A DNA stretch of 32,000 nucleotides, from positions 48,967 to 80,966 of the forward strand of contig JBOHFF010000071.1 of NCBI GenBank assembly GCA_050699515.1. The letters run 5' to 3'. The notes beneath the pieces were generated by a model. That model made no database searches, was not told the origin of the DNA, and saw nothing but the letters and a program-made list of their open reading frames with translations. A program made the position numbers and the translations under genes. Shown in pieces: positions 9,406 to 17,064 of the stretch. The stretch's first letter is position 1. Each line of letters starts with the position of its first letter. Source of the DNA: Pseudonocardiaceae bacterium (GTDB lineage Bacteria; Actinomycetota; Actinomycetes; Mycobacteriales; Pseudonocardiaceae).

Positions 9406-9606
9406 ATGATCGTCGAGCCGTGGGTCTCCGTCGAGGGCGTTGCCAGGCATCTCGGGGTGGCTAAGGACTCCGTATACCGGTGGATTGAGACGCGGAGACT
9501 GCCCGCCCACAAGATAGGTCGCTTGTGGAAGTTCAAACTCTCCGAAGTTGACGAGTGGGTTCGAGCTGGTGGTGCCGACGTGCCTGATGACAGCGCGAGT
9601 GGGTGA
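9406..9606 (+). CDS. Excisionase-family (MerR-superfamily) HTH DNA-binding protein, first gene of the BREX array
   Basis: The 66-aa product reads WVSVEGVARHLGVAKDSVYRWIETRRLPAHKIGRLWKFKLSEVDEWV, a typical Xis/AlpA-type HTH. Its stop overlaps the next start (GTGA at 9603-9606). Confidence 0.8.
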   Translation: MIVEPWVSVEGVARHLGVAKDSVYRWIETRRLPAHKIGRLWKFKLSEVDEWVRAGGADVPDDSASG

Positions 9607-10181
9607 CCCACAGGATGACGATATCGAGAGTTGATCTTGAGCGGCTGCTGAAATTGCGGCTCGTCGTGGCACGTTTCGGCGAAATGGATCTTGCCAAGTG
9701 GTGGAACACCAAAGGTCAGCTTGGTCGGCTCGGTGCCAGCGTGCTCCGACGGGGCTTTCCGCGCACGCACCGCTTTGCTCAGGCGCGGTCGGTCTTCGCC
9801 GTAGCGGCCCACCGGTGTGAGGAGATTTTCCACCCTCCAGGGTGTGTCACGCTCTGGCGACTTCCCGAGGAGGTGGAAGAGGAGTTCGACGCCCGATGGG
9901 AGCACTGGCTTGACAACGCCAACGAGTGGAGCTTGTTCTTCGAAGAGTTAGCAGAGCTGAACGGTGGCGATCTTGCTGCCATCCTTCGTGACATGGAGCT
10001 CGTGGCCGAGAGGAACCTGGAGGGGTTCGCCCGGCTGCGGCGTACGGCCGAGGGACGGGCCGTAGCATTGCCTGGAGTATTTTCGAACGGCGAAGAGGAT
10101 GTGAGCCTGTTGGCTCTGGGCTTCGCGCGCGGCGAACCGGGTGCCCTCGCCGTTCCGTACGCCCGGAGGTCGGACCTATGA
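9603..10181 (+). CDS. BrxE-like BREX accessory protein (tentative family assignment)
   Basis: 192 aa (alternative ATG at 9615), coupled on both sides (GTGA at 9603, ATGA at 10178). The sequence (ARFGEMDLAKWWNTKGQLG...FPRTHRFAQARSVFAVA) resembles my recollection of BrxE-family proteins. No enzymatic motif is seen. Confidence 0.55.
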   Translation: MTHRMTISRVDLERLLKLRLVVARFGEMDLAKWWNTKGQLGRLGASVLRRGFPRTHRFAQARSVFAVAAHRCEEIFHPPGCVTLWRLPEEVEEEFDARWEHWLDNANEWSLFFEELAELNGGDLAAILRDMELVAERNLEGFARLRRTAEGRAVALPGVFSNGEEDVSLLALGFARGEPGALAVPYARRSDL

Positions 10182-10960
10182 CGGTTTCGCGCGCTAACGT
10201 GGCGTCGTCCTTCACCGTTATCAAGGGCGCTATGGTCGAGGAAACGTATGCCGTCTTCGCCCACTGGGACTTCACGCGCTCGAAGCGAGAGAATCTGGAC
10301 CGGCTTCGGTCGGACAACACCATCGGCGCTGGCAGCGTGGCGTGGCTCCGTGACGTCGCCAAAGTTCTGAACCGTCGCTTTGACCCCGATGCGCGAGACC
10401 GACCGCTCATTCAGTTGGCCAAGAATGGCTGCGACCTGGACGAGTGGAAACCGCTCCTGCTGTGGCATATGACGCGGGACGAGTTCCTGGTCCGCGATTT
10501 TATCCAGAACTGGCTATTTCCGGCGTACGAGGATGGGCAGTTCCGGATAAGGCCAGAGGATGTTGCGTCGCACCTTTCTTGCATTGATCAGCGTGGTGCT
10601 CTCACCGAACATCCGTGGTCGGCGCCAACGACACATCGAGTAGCAGCTGGCCTGCTCAAGATAGCTGTCGATTTCGGCCTGCTGCGCGGTGGGCCGAAAA
10701 AGGAATTCGCATCATATCACCTGTCCGATCACAGCTTCCTCTACCTCTTGCACGCCATGATGGATGACTTAGGCAGCCCGGGCAAGGTAATTGAATCGCC
10801 GGACTGGCGCCTGTTCTTGATGCGACCGTCTGACATCGAGCACGAGTTGCTGCGTATGCACCAGTTCCGCAAGCTCGACTATCAGGTGGCGGGGAGCATC
10901 GTGCAGCTATCGCTGCCGTGCGCCAACGCTGAAGGTTACGCCGAGAGGATGGTGGCGTGA
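10178..10960 (+). CDS. brxA: BREX protein BrxA (DUF1819 family)
   Basis: 260 aa. The position immediately upstream of brxB/brxC and the DUF1819-like N-terminus (SSFTVIKGAMVEETYAVF...) support the call. ATGA and GTGA coupling to both neighbours. Confidence 0.8.
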   Translation: MTVSRANVASSFTVIKGAMVEETYAVFAHWDFTRSKRENLDRLRSDNTIGAGSVAWLRDVAKVLNRRFDPDARDRPLIQLAKNGCDLDEWKPLLLWHMTRDEFLVRDFIQNWLFPAYEDGQFRIRPEDVASHLSCIDQRGALTEHPWSAPTTHRVAAGLLKIAVDFGLLRGGPKKEFASYHLSDHSFLYLLHAMMDDLGSPGKVIESPDWRLFLMRPSDIEHELLRMHQFRKLDYQVAGSIVQLSLPCANAEGYAERMVA

Positions 10961-11532
10961 GCGACTTCGAGGAGCGACTGCGACAAGTGCTCGAGCCGAT
11001 ACTCGCGATGTCGGATCCGCGGCCACGCATCAGCGCCTATCATGATATGCCGTACGCGCTTTTTGTCTATGACCCGGCCGATGAGTTTCCGCTGCGAAAG
11101 CAGGTGAGGCTACTCGAGACCCGCCTGATGCAGAAGGGCAAGCGGGTTCACAGGATCTCGCTGGTCGAGTGCCTGGACGAGTCCATGCGCTCACAACGGC
11201 CGCTGCCTGATTGGTACGCCGCAGAGCGCGAGCAGGGTCCGGACACGACCGTGGAAACGGTACATGCCGTACTCTCCGACTATTCACCGTTGGTCGAGCA
11301 TGTTACGCGGCGGATGCCGGCAGAGCCGGATCCGCTGCGTGACGTCGTGCTCATTCTCCGTGCCGGGGCACTTTTCCCGGTGTACCGGGCGCACTCGCTA
11401 CTCGAACAGCTGATGGGCCGGGTCCAGGTACCAACCATGTTATTCTATCCCGGCTCCCGAGACGGTGCGGCCGGGCTACGGTTCATGGGCATTCTCGCCG
11501 CCGAGCACAACTACCGCGTGAAGATCTTCTGA
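10957..11532 (+). CDS. brxB: BREX protein BrxB (DUF1788 family)
   Basis: 191 aa with the DUF1788-like motif MPYALFVYDPADEFPLRKQV. It sits in the canonical position between brxA and brxC. Confidence 0.85.
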   Translation: MSDFEERLRQVLEPILAMSDPRPRISAYHDMPYALFVYDPADEFPLRKQVRLLETRLMQKGKRVHRISLVECLDESMRSQRPLPDWYAAEREQGPDTTVETVHAVLSDYSPLVEHVTRRMPAEPDPLRDVVLILRAGALFPVYRAHSLLEQLMGRVQVPTMLFYPGSRDGAAGLRFMGILAAEHNYRVKIF

Positions 11533-11545
11533 CGGGATCATCTCG

Positions 11546-14500
11546 ATGACGACAGGCCAGCCCATTAGCGCCCTCTTCGCCAGCGACATACACCGCCGCA
11601 TCGAAGAGGTCATCAAGGTCGACAAGACCGACGATATGGCAATCTGCGACGAGATCGACGAGTATGTCGTCACCGGCGCTATTCGCGGCCACTATGCGAA
11701 TATCTTCGAGGCGTACCGGCAGACGCCGAACAAGCCGCACGAGGGTATCGCGATCTGGGTGTCCGGTTTTTTCGGCTCCGGGAAATCAAGCTTTGCGAAG
11801 ATGCTCGGCGTGTCCATCGAGAACCGGATCATCGCGGGGGAGCCGGCCGGGCAGCGATTCGCTCGCCGAGCCAATGACAACCAGCTTCAGGTCCTCCTCG
11901 CGGCGATTAACGAACAGATTCCCACCCACGCGGTGATCTTTGATGTATCGACGGACCGGGGAATCCGAAGTGGCAACCAGACGCTGACCGAGATTATGTA
12001 CGGGCTGTTCCTGCATAGTCTGGGCTACGCCAAGGATCTCGATCTGTCCGAGCTGGAGATCTCTCTCGAGGAGAAGGGTGAGCTCGCCCAATTCAAGGGG
12101 GAGTACGAGCGACTCTTCCAGAAGCAATGGGATCAGGAGAAAGGCAAAGTTGCGTTCGCTCTGAGTGAGGCGAGCCGGGTGCTGCACAGCCTGGACACTG
12201 ATACCTACCCGATGGCGGACTCGTGGGTCAAGGCGGTCAAGAACAAGGCGGATATCACGCCGGGAAAGCTCGCCCAGCGAGCGACCGAGTTGATGAACCG
12301 CCGCAGGCCCGGGTACGCCCTCATATTCGTCGTTGACGAGGTCGGCCAGTTTGTGGCACGTGATGTGCAGAAGATGCTTGACCTGCAAGCCATCGTTCAG
12401 AATCTCGGTGTATGGGGGCGCGGCAGGCACTGGCTCGTGGTGACCTCCCAGGAGAAGCTGGGCGAGCTGGTCAGCGGGCTGGACGACAAGAAGATCGAGC
12501 TGGCCCGGCTGATGGATCGGTTCCCGCTCCAGGTCCACCTCGAGCCCTCCGACATCTCCGAGGTGACCAGCCGCCGCGTCTTACGTAAGAATGCCGAAGC
12601 TGAGCGGGTGCTCGGGCAGCTCTTCGATGAGCATCGCGGTCGTCTGCTCGATCACACACGACTCACCGCTGACATCAGGCTGCCGGAACTGAACCGGCAC
12701 AGCTTCATGGATTTGTATCCGCTGCTGCCCTATCAGGTCGACCTCATCATTCAAGTCGTTTCCGGGCTCCGCACGCAGGCCGGCGGGAGCAGGCACGTCG
12801 GCGGCGCGAACCGGACCATCATCAAGCTCGCCCAGCAGCTATTGATCAATCCTGCGGTCAACCTCGCCGATCAGCCGATCGGCATGCTGGTCCGGCTGGA
12901 CCAGGTCTACGACCTGGTTGAGGGAAACATCGGTTCCGAGGTGCGAGCGAAGATCGCCGCGATTCCCCGAGAACTGGACCACCCGCTTGCTCAGCCGGTC
13001 GCGAAGGCAATCTGCCTGCTGCAGTACGTGCGGAGCGTCCATCGCAGTGCCGAGAACATCGCCGCCACGTTGCTTCCGTCCGTCTCCAGCGACTCCCAGC
13101 TGGCGTCGGTGCGGGAGGCGCTCGCGGAACTGGAGGCGGCCCACAAGATTCGCCGCGGAGAAGACGGCTTCCGCATCCCGACCCCGGCGGAGGACGACTG
13201 GGAACGGGTACGCAACGGGATCAGTCCGAAGCCGGGGGATGCGCACCACTTGTACTCGGAGGTCCTGTCGGGTTTCTGGCAGCCACAGCCTTCGCACACC
13301 CTCTTCGACACCAAGACGTTCAAGGCTGGCCTCGCCATTCACGGGCGGGAGGTCACGGCTGGTGATCTGGTCTTCCAGTTCCATCTGGCAGATGAAGGAC
13401 CCGAGTTCGACGCGCTCGCGGTGGAGCTTCGGGTTCGCAGCCAACAGGAACGCAAGCACGTGTTCTGGGCGGTACCACTCACCAATGCCATCGACCACGA
13501 GATCGTCGAGCTGTTCCGCTCCAGGCAGATGCTCGCGCAGAAGGAGCGTGAGGCGCGTGGCGAGGATACGCCAGCGCTCATGGCCGAGGAGCGGCTGCGG
13601 CAACGGCACCACCACGAGGAGCTGCGCCGCCTGCTCCGCGCGGCCTGCCTGACCGGTCGGGTGTATTTCCGCGGCAACGACCGGAGCCCGGGTGACAACG
13701 CGGTCGACGTCGGCAAGACGGCATCGCAGATCCTCGGTCACGTCCTCCCCGATGTTTTCGACCGTTTTCAGGAGGCCGCCGCCAAGGTCAATGATGTGCG
13801 GAAGGCGACCGAGACAATCTTCACCGCGCAGAACCTGCAAGGGCTGCCGCCCGTCTTCAGCAGCCTTGGGTTGCTCCGGGACGAACACGGCAAGATTGTG
13901 TTCCGTGTGGACGGTGGTCCGCTTAAAGAGGTGTTGGACCGTATCGAGGAACGAGCGAACTACGGCGACACCGCTAGCGGGCGCTACCTGGCCGACGAGT
14001 TCGCCAACGAGCCGTTCGGATGGGACTTCGACGTGGTACGCCTGCTCGTCCTGTCGCTGATGCGGGCCGAGAAGATCGAGGCGACCAGTAAGGGCCAGAC
14101 CCTCGACTCGGTGACGACCGTGCAGGCGCGCGACACCTTCTCGAACAACAACCTGTTCCGCCAGGCGGCGTTCCGCCCTCGGAAAGGCATCGAGTTCGAG
14201 GAGCTGGTGAAGGCCAACGAGGCGTTCCGCGATACCTTCGGCGACGACATCGGTGAACTCACCGCCACCACGGTGGCGAGGGAGTTGCGCGAGAAGGTTG
14301 CGAGCACTGAAGAAATCGTGCAGTCCGCGCTCTCGATGCTGACAAGATACCGGCTTCCCGGCGAGTACATGCTGGACACCGCGCTTGGCCAGATGAAGGC
14401 GGTGTTCCGTGGCTCGGTGAACAACGCCATCGCCACATTCAATGCCAGCCATCGGGCCATCAAGGATGCCATCAAGCGCGGTACCGAGCTGTGCGAGGCG

Positions 14501-15091
14501 CTCACCGAACCAAGGCTGTACGACCTGCAACGGGCGCGCCAGGCGGTGGAAATCGCGTGGCCCGCGCTGCGGGACGAGTCTGGGATCGGTCCCGAGCTGG
14601 AGTCGCGGGCCGCTCAACTGGAAGACCTGCTGGCACGCGAGACGTTTTACCGCGACCTGCCGGCGATCGAACAGCACGCCCGCGCGATCGAGCTGGAGTA
14701 CGCCCGCCGCTTCGATGACGCGCAGCAGGCGCGCATCGACGCCTACACCGCGGCCTTGAAGGAACTCACCAGCGAGCCGGGCTGGTACGACCTGCCGGAG
14801 GAGACCCAACAGGAAATCTCTGCCCCGCTGGTGGCTGGCCAACGCCCGTCGCCACGCACCGCGCCGATCTCGCTGCTGCGCTCCGAGCGGGACGCATGCG
14901 AGGGTCGACTTCGCGCGGCGATACGCCGGATGCAGGAGATCATCGAGGGCGACCGGCTGGAGTCGGTCCAGGTCCACTCCTACTTCGCGGGTGGCATCGA
15001 GACCGTGGAGCAGCTGGACGCTGCGCTTTCTGGCCTGCGTGAAGAGTGTGCCAGGCTGATCGGGGCGGGGAAGAAGGTTGTGCTCTCGTGA
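11546..15091 (+). CDS. brxC: BREX P-loop ATPase BrxC/PglY
   Basis: 1181 aa. Walker A GFFGSGKSSFAKML (about 11764-11790). Walker B ALIFVVDEVGQF. Size and position are canonical. Confidence 0.95.
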   Translation: MTTGQPISALFASDIHRRIEEVIKVDKTDDMAICDEIDEYVVTGAIRGHYANIFEAYRQTPNKPHEGIAIWVSGFFGSGKSSFAKMLGVSIENRIIAGEPAGQRFARRANDNQLQVLLAAINEQIPTHAVIFDVSTDRGIRSGNQTLTEIMYGLFLHSLGYAKDLDLSELEISLEEKGELAQFKGEYERLFQKQWDQEKGKVAFALSEASRVLHSLDTDTYPMADSWVKAVKNKADITPGKLAQRATELMNRRRPGYALIFVVDEVGQFVARDVQKMLDLQAIVQNLGVWGRGRHWLVVTSQEKLGELVSGLDDKKIELARLMDRFPLQVHLEPSDISEVTSRRVLRKNAEAERVLGQLFDEHRGRLLDHTRLTADIRLPELNRHSFMDLYPLLPYQVDLIIQVVSGLRTQAGGSRHVGGANRTIIKLAQQLLINPAVNLADQPIGMLVRLDQVYDLVEGNIGSEVRAKIAAIPRELDHPLAQPVAKAICLLQYVRSVHRSAENIAATLLPSVSSDSQLASVREALAELEAAHKIRRGEDGFRIPTPAEDDWERVRNGISPKPGDAHHLYSEVLSGFWQPQPSHTLFDTKTFKAGLAIHGREVTAGDLVFQFHLADEGPEFDALAVELRVRSQQERKHVFWAVPLTNAIDHEIVELFRSRQMLAQKEREARGEDTPALMAEERLRQRHHHEELRRLLRAACLTGRVYFRGNDRSPGDNAVDVGKTASQILGHVLPDVFDRFQEAAAKVNDVRKATETIFTAQNLQGLPPVFSSLGLLRDEHGKIVFRVDGGPLKEVLDRIEERANYGDTASGRYLADEFANEPFGWDFDVVRLLVLSLMRAEKIEATSKGQTLDSVTTVQARDTFSNNNLFRQAAFRPRKGIEFEELVKANEAFRDTFGDDIGELTATTVARELREKVASTEEIVQSALSMLTRYRLPGEYMLDTALGQMKAVFRGSVNNAIATFNASHRAIKDAIKRGTELCEALTEPRLYDLQRARQAVEIAWPALRDESGIGPELESRAAQLEDLLARETFYRDLPAIEQHARAIELEYARRFDDAQQARIDAYTAALKELTSEPGWYDLPEETQQEISAPLVAGQRPSPRTAPISLLRSERDACEGRLRAAIRRMQEIIEGDRLESVQVHSYFAGGIETVEQLDAALSGLREECARLIGAGKKVVLS

Positions 15092-17064
15092 GTGCCCGCA
15101 TCGACTTGACCGAGCTGGCTCGCCGGGAGAACGAGCAGACGGAGTGGAAGGAGAACGTCGCCGAAACCGACGATGTGGTGGCGGCCCTCAGCGCCTTTGC
15201 CAACGACCTGCAGAACCTCGGCGGCGGGTACGTGGTGTGTGGCGTACGGGAGGACAAGGACGAGCACGGTTTCCCGCAGCTGGTGCGCGTCGGCCTGACG
15301 GCCAGCCGCTTCAAGGAGGTCGAAGGGACCGTGCTTGCCGGTTGTCGGGATCGCGTGTCCCCGCCGATCACACCGCTGGTGGAGGAGCTCACGACCGACG
15401 ACCAGCAGCGCCGCATCCTGGTCTTCATTCAGCCGGCGACTGGTACTGCGCACACATTCCGCCGGCGCAACGACGGAGCAAAACACTATGTGCGGGTCAG
15501 CCGCTCAACCATCGAAGCGAGAAACGGGACTCTGAAAGACCTTCTCGTCCGCAAGAGCGCGCTCGAACCATGGGATCGCAGACCGTGCAACGGGGCCACC
15601 GAAGCGGATCTCGATCTACTGGCGTTGCGTGATGCATTGCAACGAATGGGTGTATTCTCCTCTGAGTACGGCGTCGAGCCGTATCTCTCACCGGACGTTT
15701 CGTTGAGCGCATTCGTCCCGCCGCTGCTGGCGGCCGAGCCGCTCACCGGGGTACTCAGGCCGCGCAACTTCGCGATCCTGCTGTTTGGCCGGGAGACCCA
15801 GCGGTTCATCCCGGGTGCCGTCGCGTTCTTCTCCATCTATCCGGGTGTTGATAGGTCCGATGTGCACGCCGAGCGCCACGAGCTGGCTGGCAACGTACTG
15901 GAGCAGGCCCGCCGGCTGCAGGAGCTGCTCGACATCCAGTCGTACACCGCGTTTGACAAGGCCGATCCGACCTCGCCGAACGTCATCAAGTATCCAAAGC
16001 GTGCCCTGTACGAGGCGATGGGGAATGCGCTGGCGCACCGAGACTACGAGCTGCCGGATTCTACACGGCTGACGGTCTTCTCCGACCGGATCGAGGTCGC
16101 CTCACCCGGTCCGCTCCCGTCCGGCGTAGACATCGAATACCTGCGCCAGGGCACTGCGCCGCCACGGTGGCGCAACCAGGCGCTCGCCTGGTTCTTCTCC
16201 CGGCTACAGCTCGCGCAGGCGAAGGGGCAAGGCATCCCCACGATCCTCCGTTCCATGCGGGAAGGGGGCTGTCCCCCGCCGATCTTCATAGCCGACCCCG
16301 TTCGGGTCGCCTGCACGCTGCCGGCGCATCCGCGGCATGCCGCGCTTCGCGCTCTCCGCTCCGCCGAGCAGGCACTCGCTCTAGGCGAGTTGGCGGAAGC
16401 GAAGACCCAAGTTGAGCGGGTCCTGGGCCGGGACCCGCTCAACTTCCGCGCCATCAACCTGTTTGCCGAGGTGCATCACGCTCGGCGGGATGCCGCGGCG
16501 GTGTCGGCCTGGGTGCGGGAGCACCTCCGTCACCTTGACGGGCTGCCACCGCAAGTCCTGGTCCAGCTCGCCGAGGCGTTGGAGAACGACCGGGCGAGCA
16601 CCGAACATAAGGCTCTCGCGCGGACGCTCCTCGCATCCGCTGCGCGAGGACGGTTGGAGGAGCGCGAGCTCCGGCGTATCGCCGTGGCGATGAGCCGCGC
16701 GAACGACTACCAGGGCGCACTGTCCTTGATCGAACGGCACCTTCAGGAGCACCCGGAGTGGCAGGGCAATCCCTCGCTGCGGCAACTGCGCGGGGACTCG
16801 CTCATCGGCCTGGCGAAGCGGTGCAGGGCAACCGCGACGAAGGCGGGCATCGCGCGCGCCACGCGAGAGCGGGCCTGGCGAGAGTTCCACTCGTACCTCA
16901 ACCAAGCAGAGCACGAGCTTCGTGAGGGCCTCGCCCTCAGCCTGGATGAGAACCTGAGCGACCAGATCCGGCGGAACCTAGACTACCTCGAACGACTGAG
17001 GGGCGAGAACCAGCCTCCACAGATCCGGCCAGCGCGCAGCCGACGGAGGGGGTCCCGTGGATAA
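15088..17064 (+). CDS. AlbA_2 (Schlafen-core-like) + HATPase_c_4 + C-terminal TPR-like helical-repeat protein, non-canonical BREX-embedded gene
   Basis: GTG at 15088 overlaps the brxC stop (GTGA). The N-terminus RENEQTEWKENV...GGGYVVCGV is AlbA_2-like. The centre is HATPase_c_4-like: YEAMGNALAHRDYE..RIEVASPGPLPSGV..RWRNQALAWFFSRLQLAQAKGQGIPTILRSMREGGCPPPIF. The last ~260 aa are helical repeats (ALALGELAEAKTQVERVLGRDPLNFRAINLFAEVHH...). The pglX GTG lies 8 nt inside its 3' end. Confidence 0.85.
   Translation: MSARIDLTELARRENEQTEWKENVAETDDVVAALSAFANDLQNLGGGYVVCGVREDKDEHGFPQLVRVGLTASRFKEVEGTVLAGCRDRVSPPITPLVEELTTDDQQRRILVFIQPATGTAHTFRRRNDGAKHYVRVSRSTIEARNGTLKDLLVRKSALEPWDRRPCNGATEADLDLLALRDALQRMGVFSSEYGVEPYLSPDVSLSAFVPPLLAAEPLTGVLRPRNFAILLFGRETQRFIPGAVAFFSIYPGVDRSDVHAERHELAGNVLEQARRLQELLDIQSYTAFDKADPTSPNVIKYPKRALYEAMGNALAHRDYELPDSTRLTVFSDRIEVASPGPLPSGVDIEYLRQGTAPPRWRNQALAWFFSRLQLAQAKGQGIPTILRSMREGGCPPPIFIADPVRVACTLPAHPRHAALRALRSAEQALALGELAEAKTQVERVLGRDPLNFRAINLFAEVHHARRDAAAVSAWVREHLRHLDGLPPQVLVQLAEALENDRASTEHKALARTLLASAARGRLEERELRRIAVAMSRANDYQGALSLIERHLQEHPEWQGNPSLRQLRGDSLIGLAKRCRATATKAGIARATRERAWREFHSYLNQAEHELREGLALSLDENLSDQIRRNLDYLERLRGENQPPQIRPARSRRRGSRG

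Noticed and set aside
11767-11772. T6 run inside the BrxC Walker-A coding region as a slippage switch.
   Set aside because: It is simply the Phe-Phe codons of GFFGSGKS. Six residues is too short to argue for phase variation.
12839-14977. 712-aa ORF antisense to brxC. Similar long antisense or out-of-frame ORFs occur at 21154..22146, 22615..23412, 22977..23786, 24021..25121, 28071..29285 and 6689..7378.
   Set aside because: These are typical stop-codon-poor shadow frames of high-GC DNA. Their products are Arg/Gly/Pro-rich and low-complexity, carry no motifs, and lie opposite genes with strong motif support.
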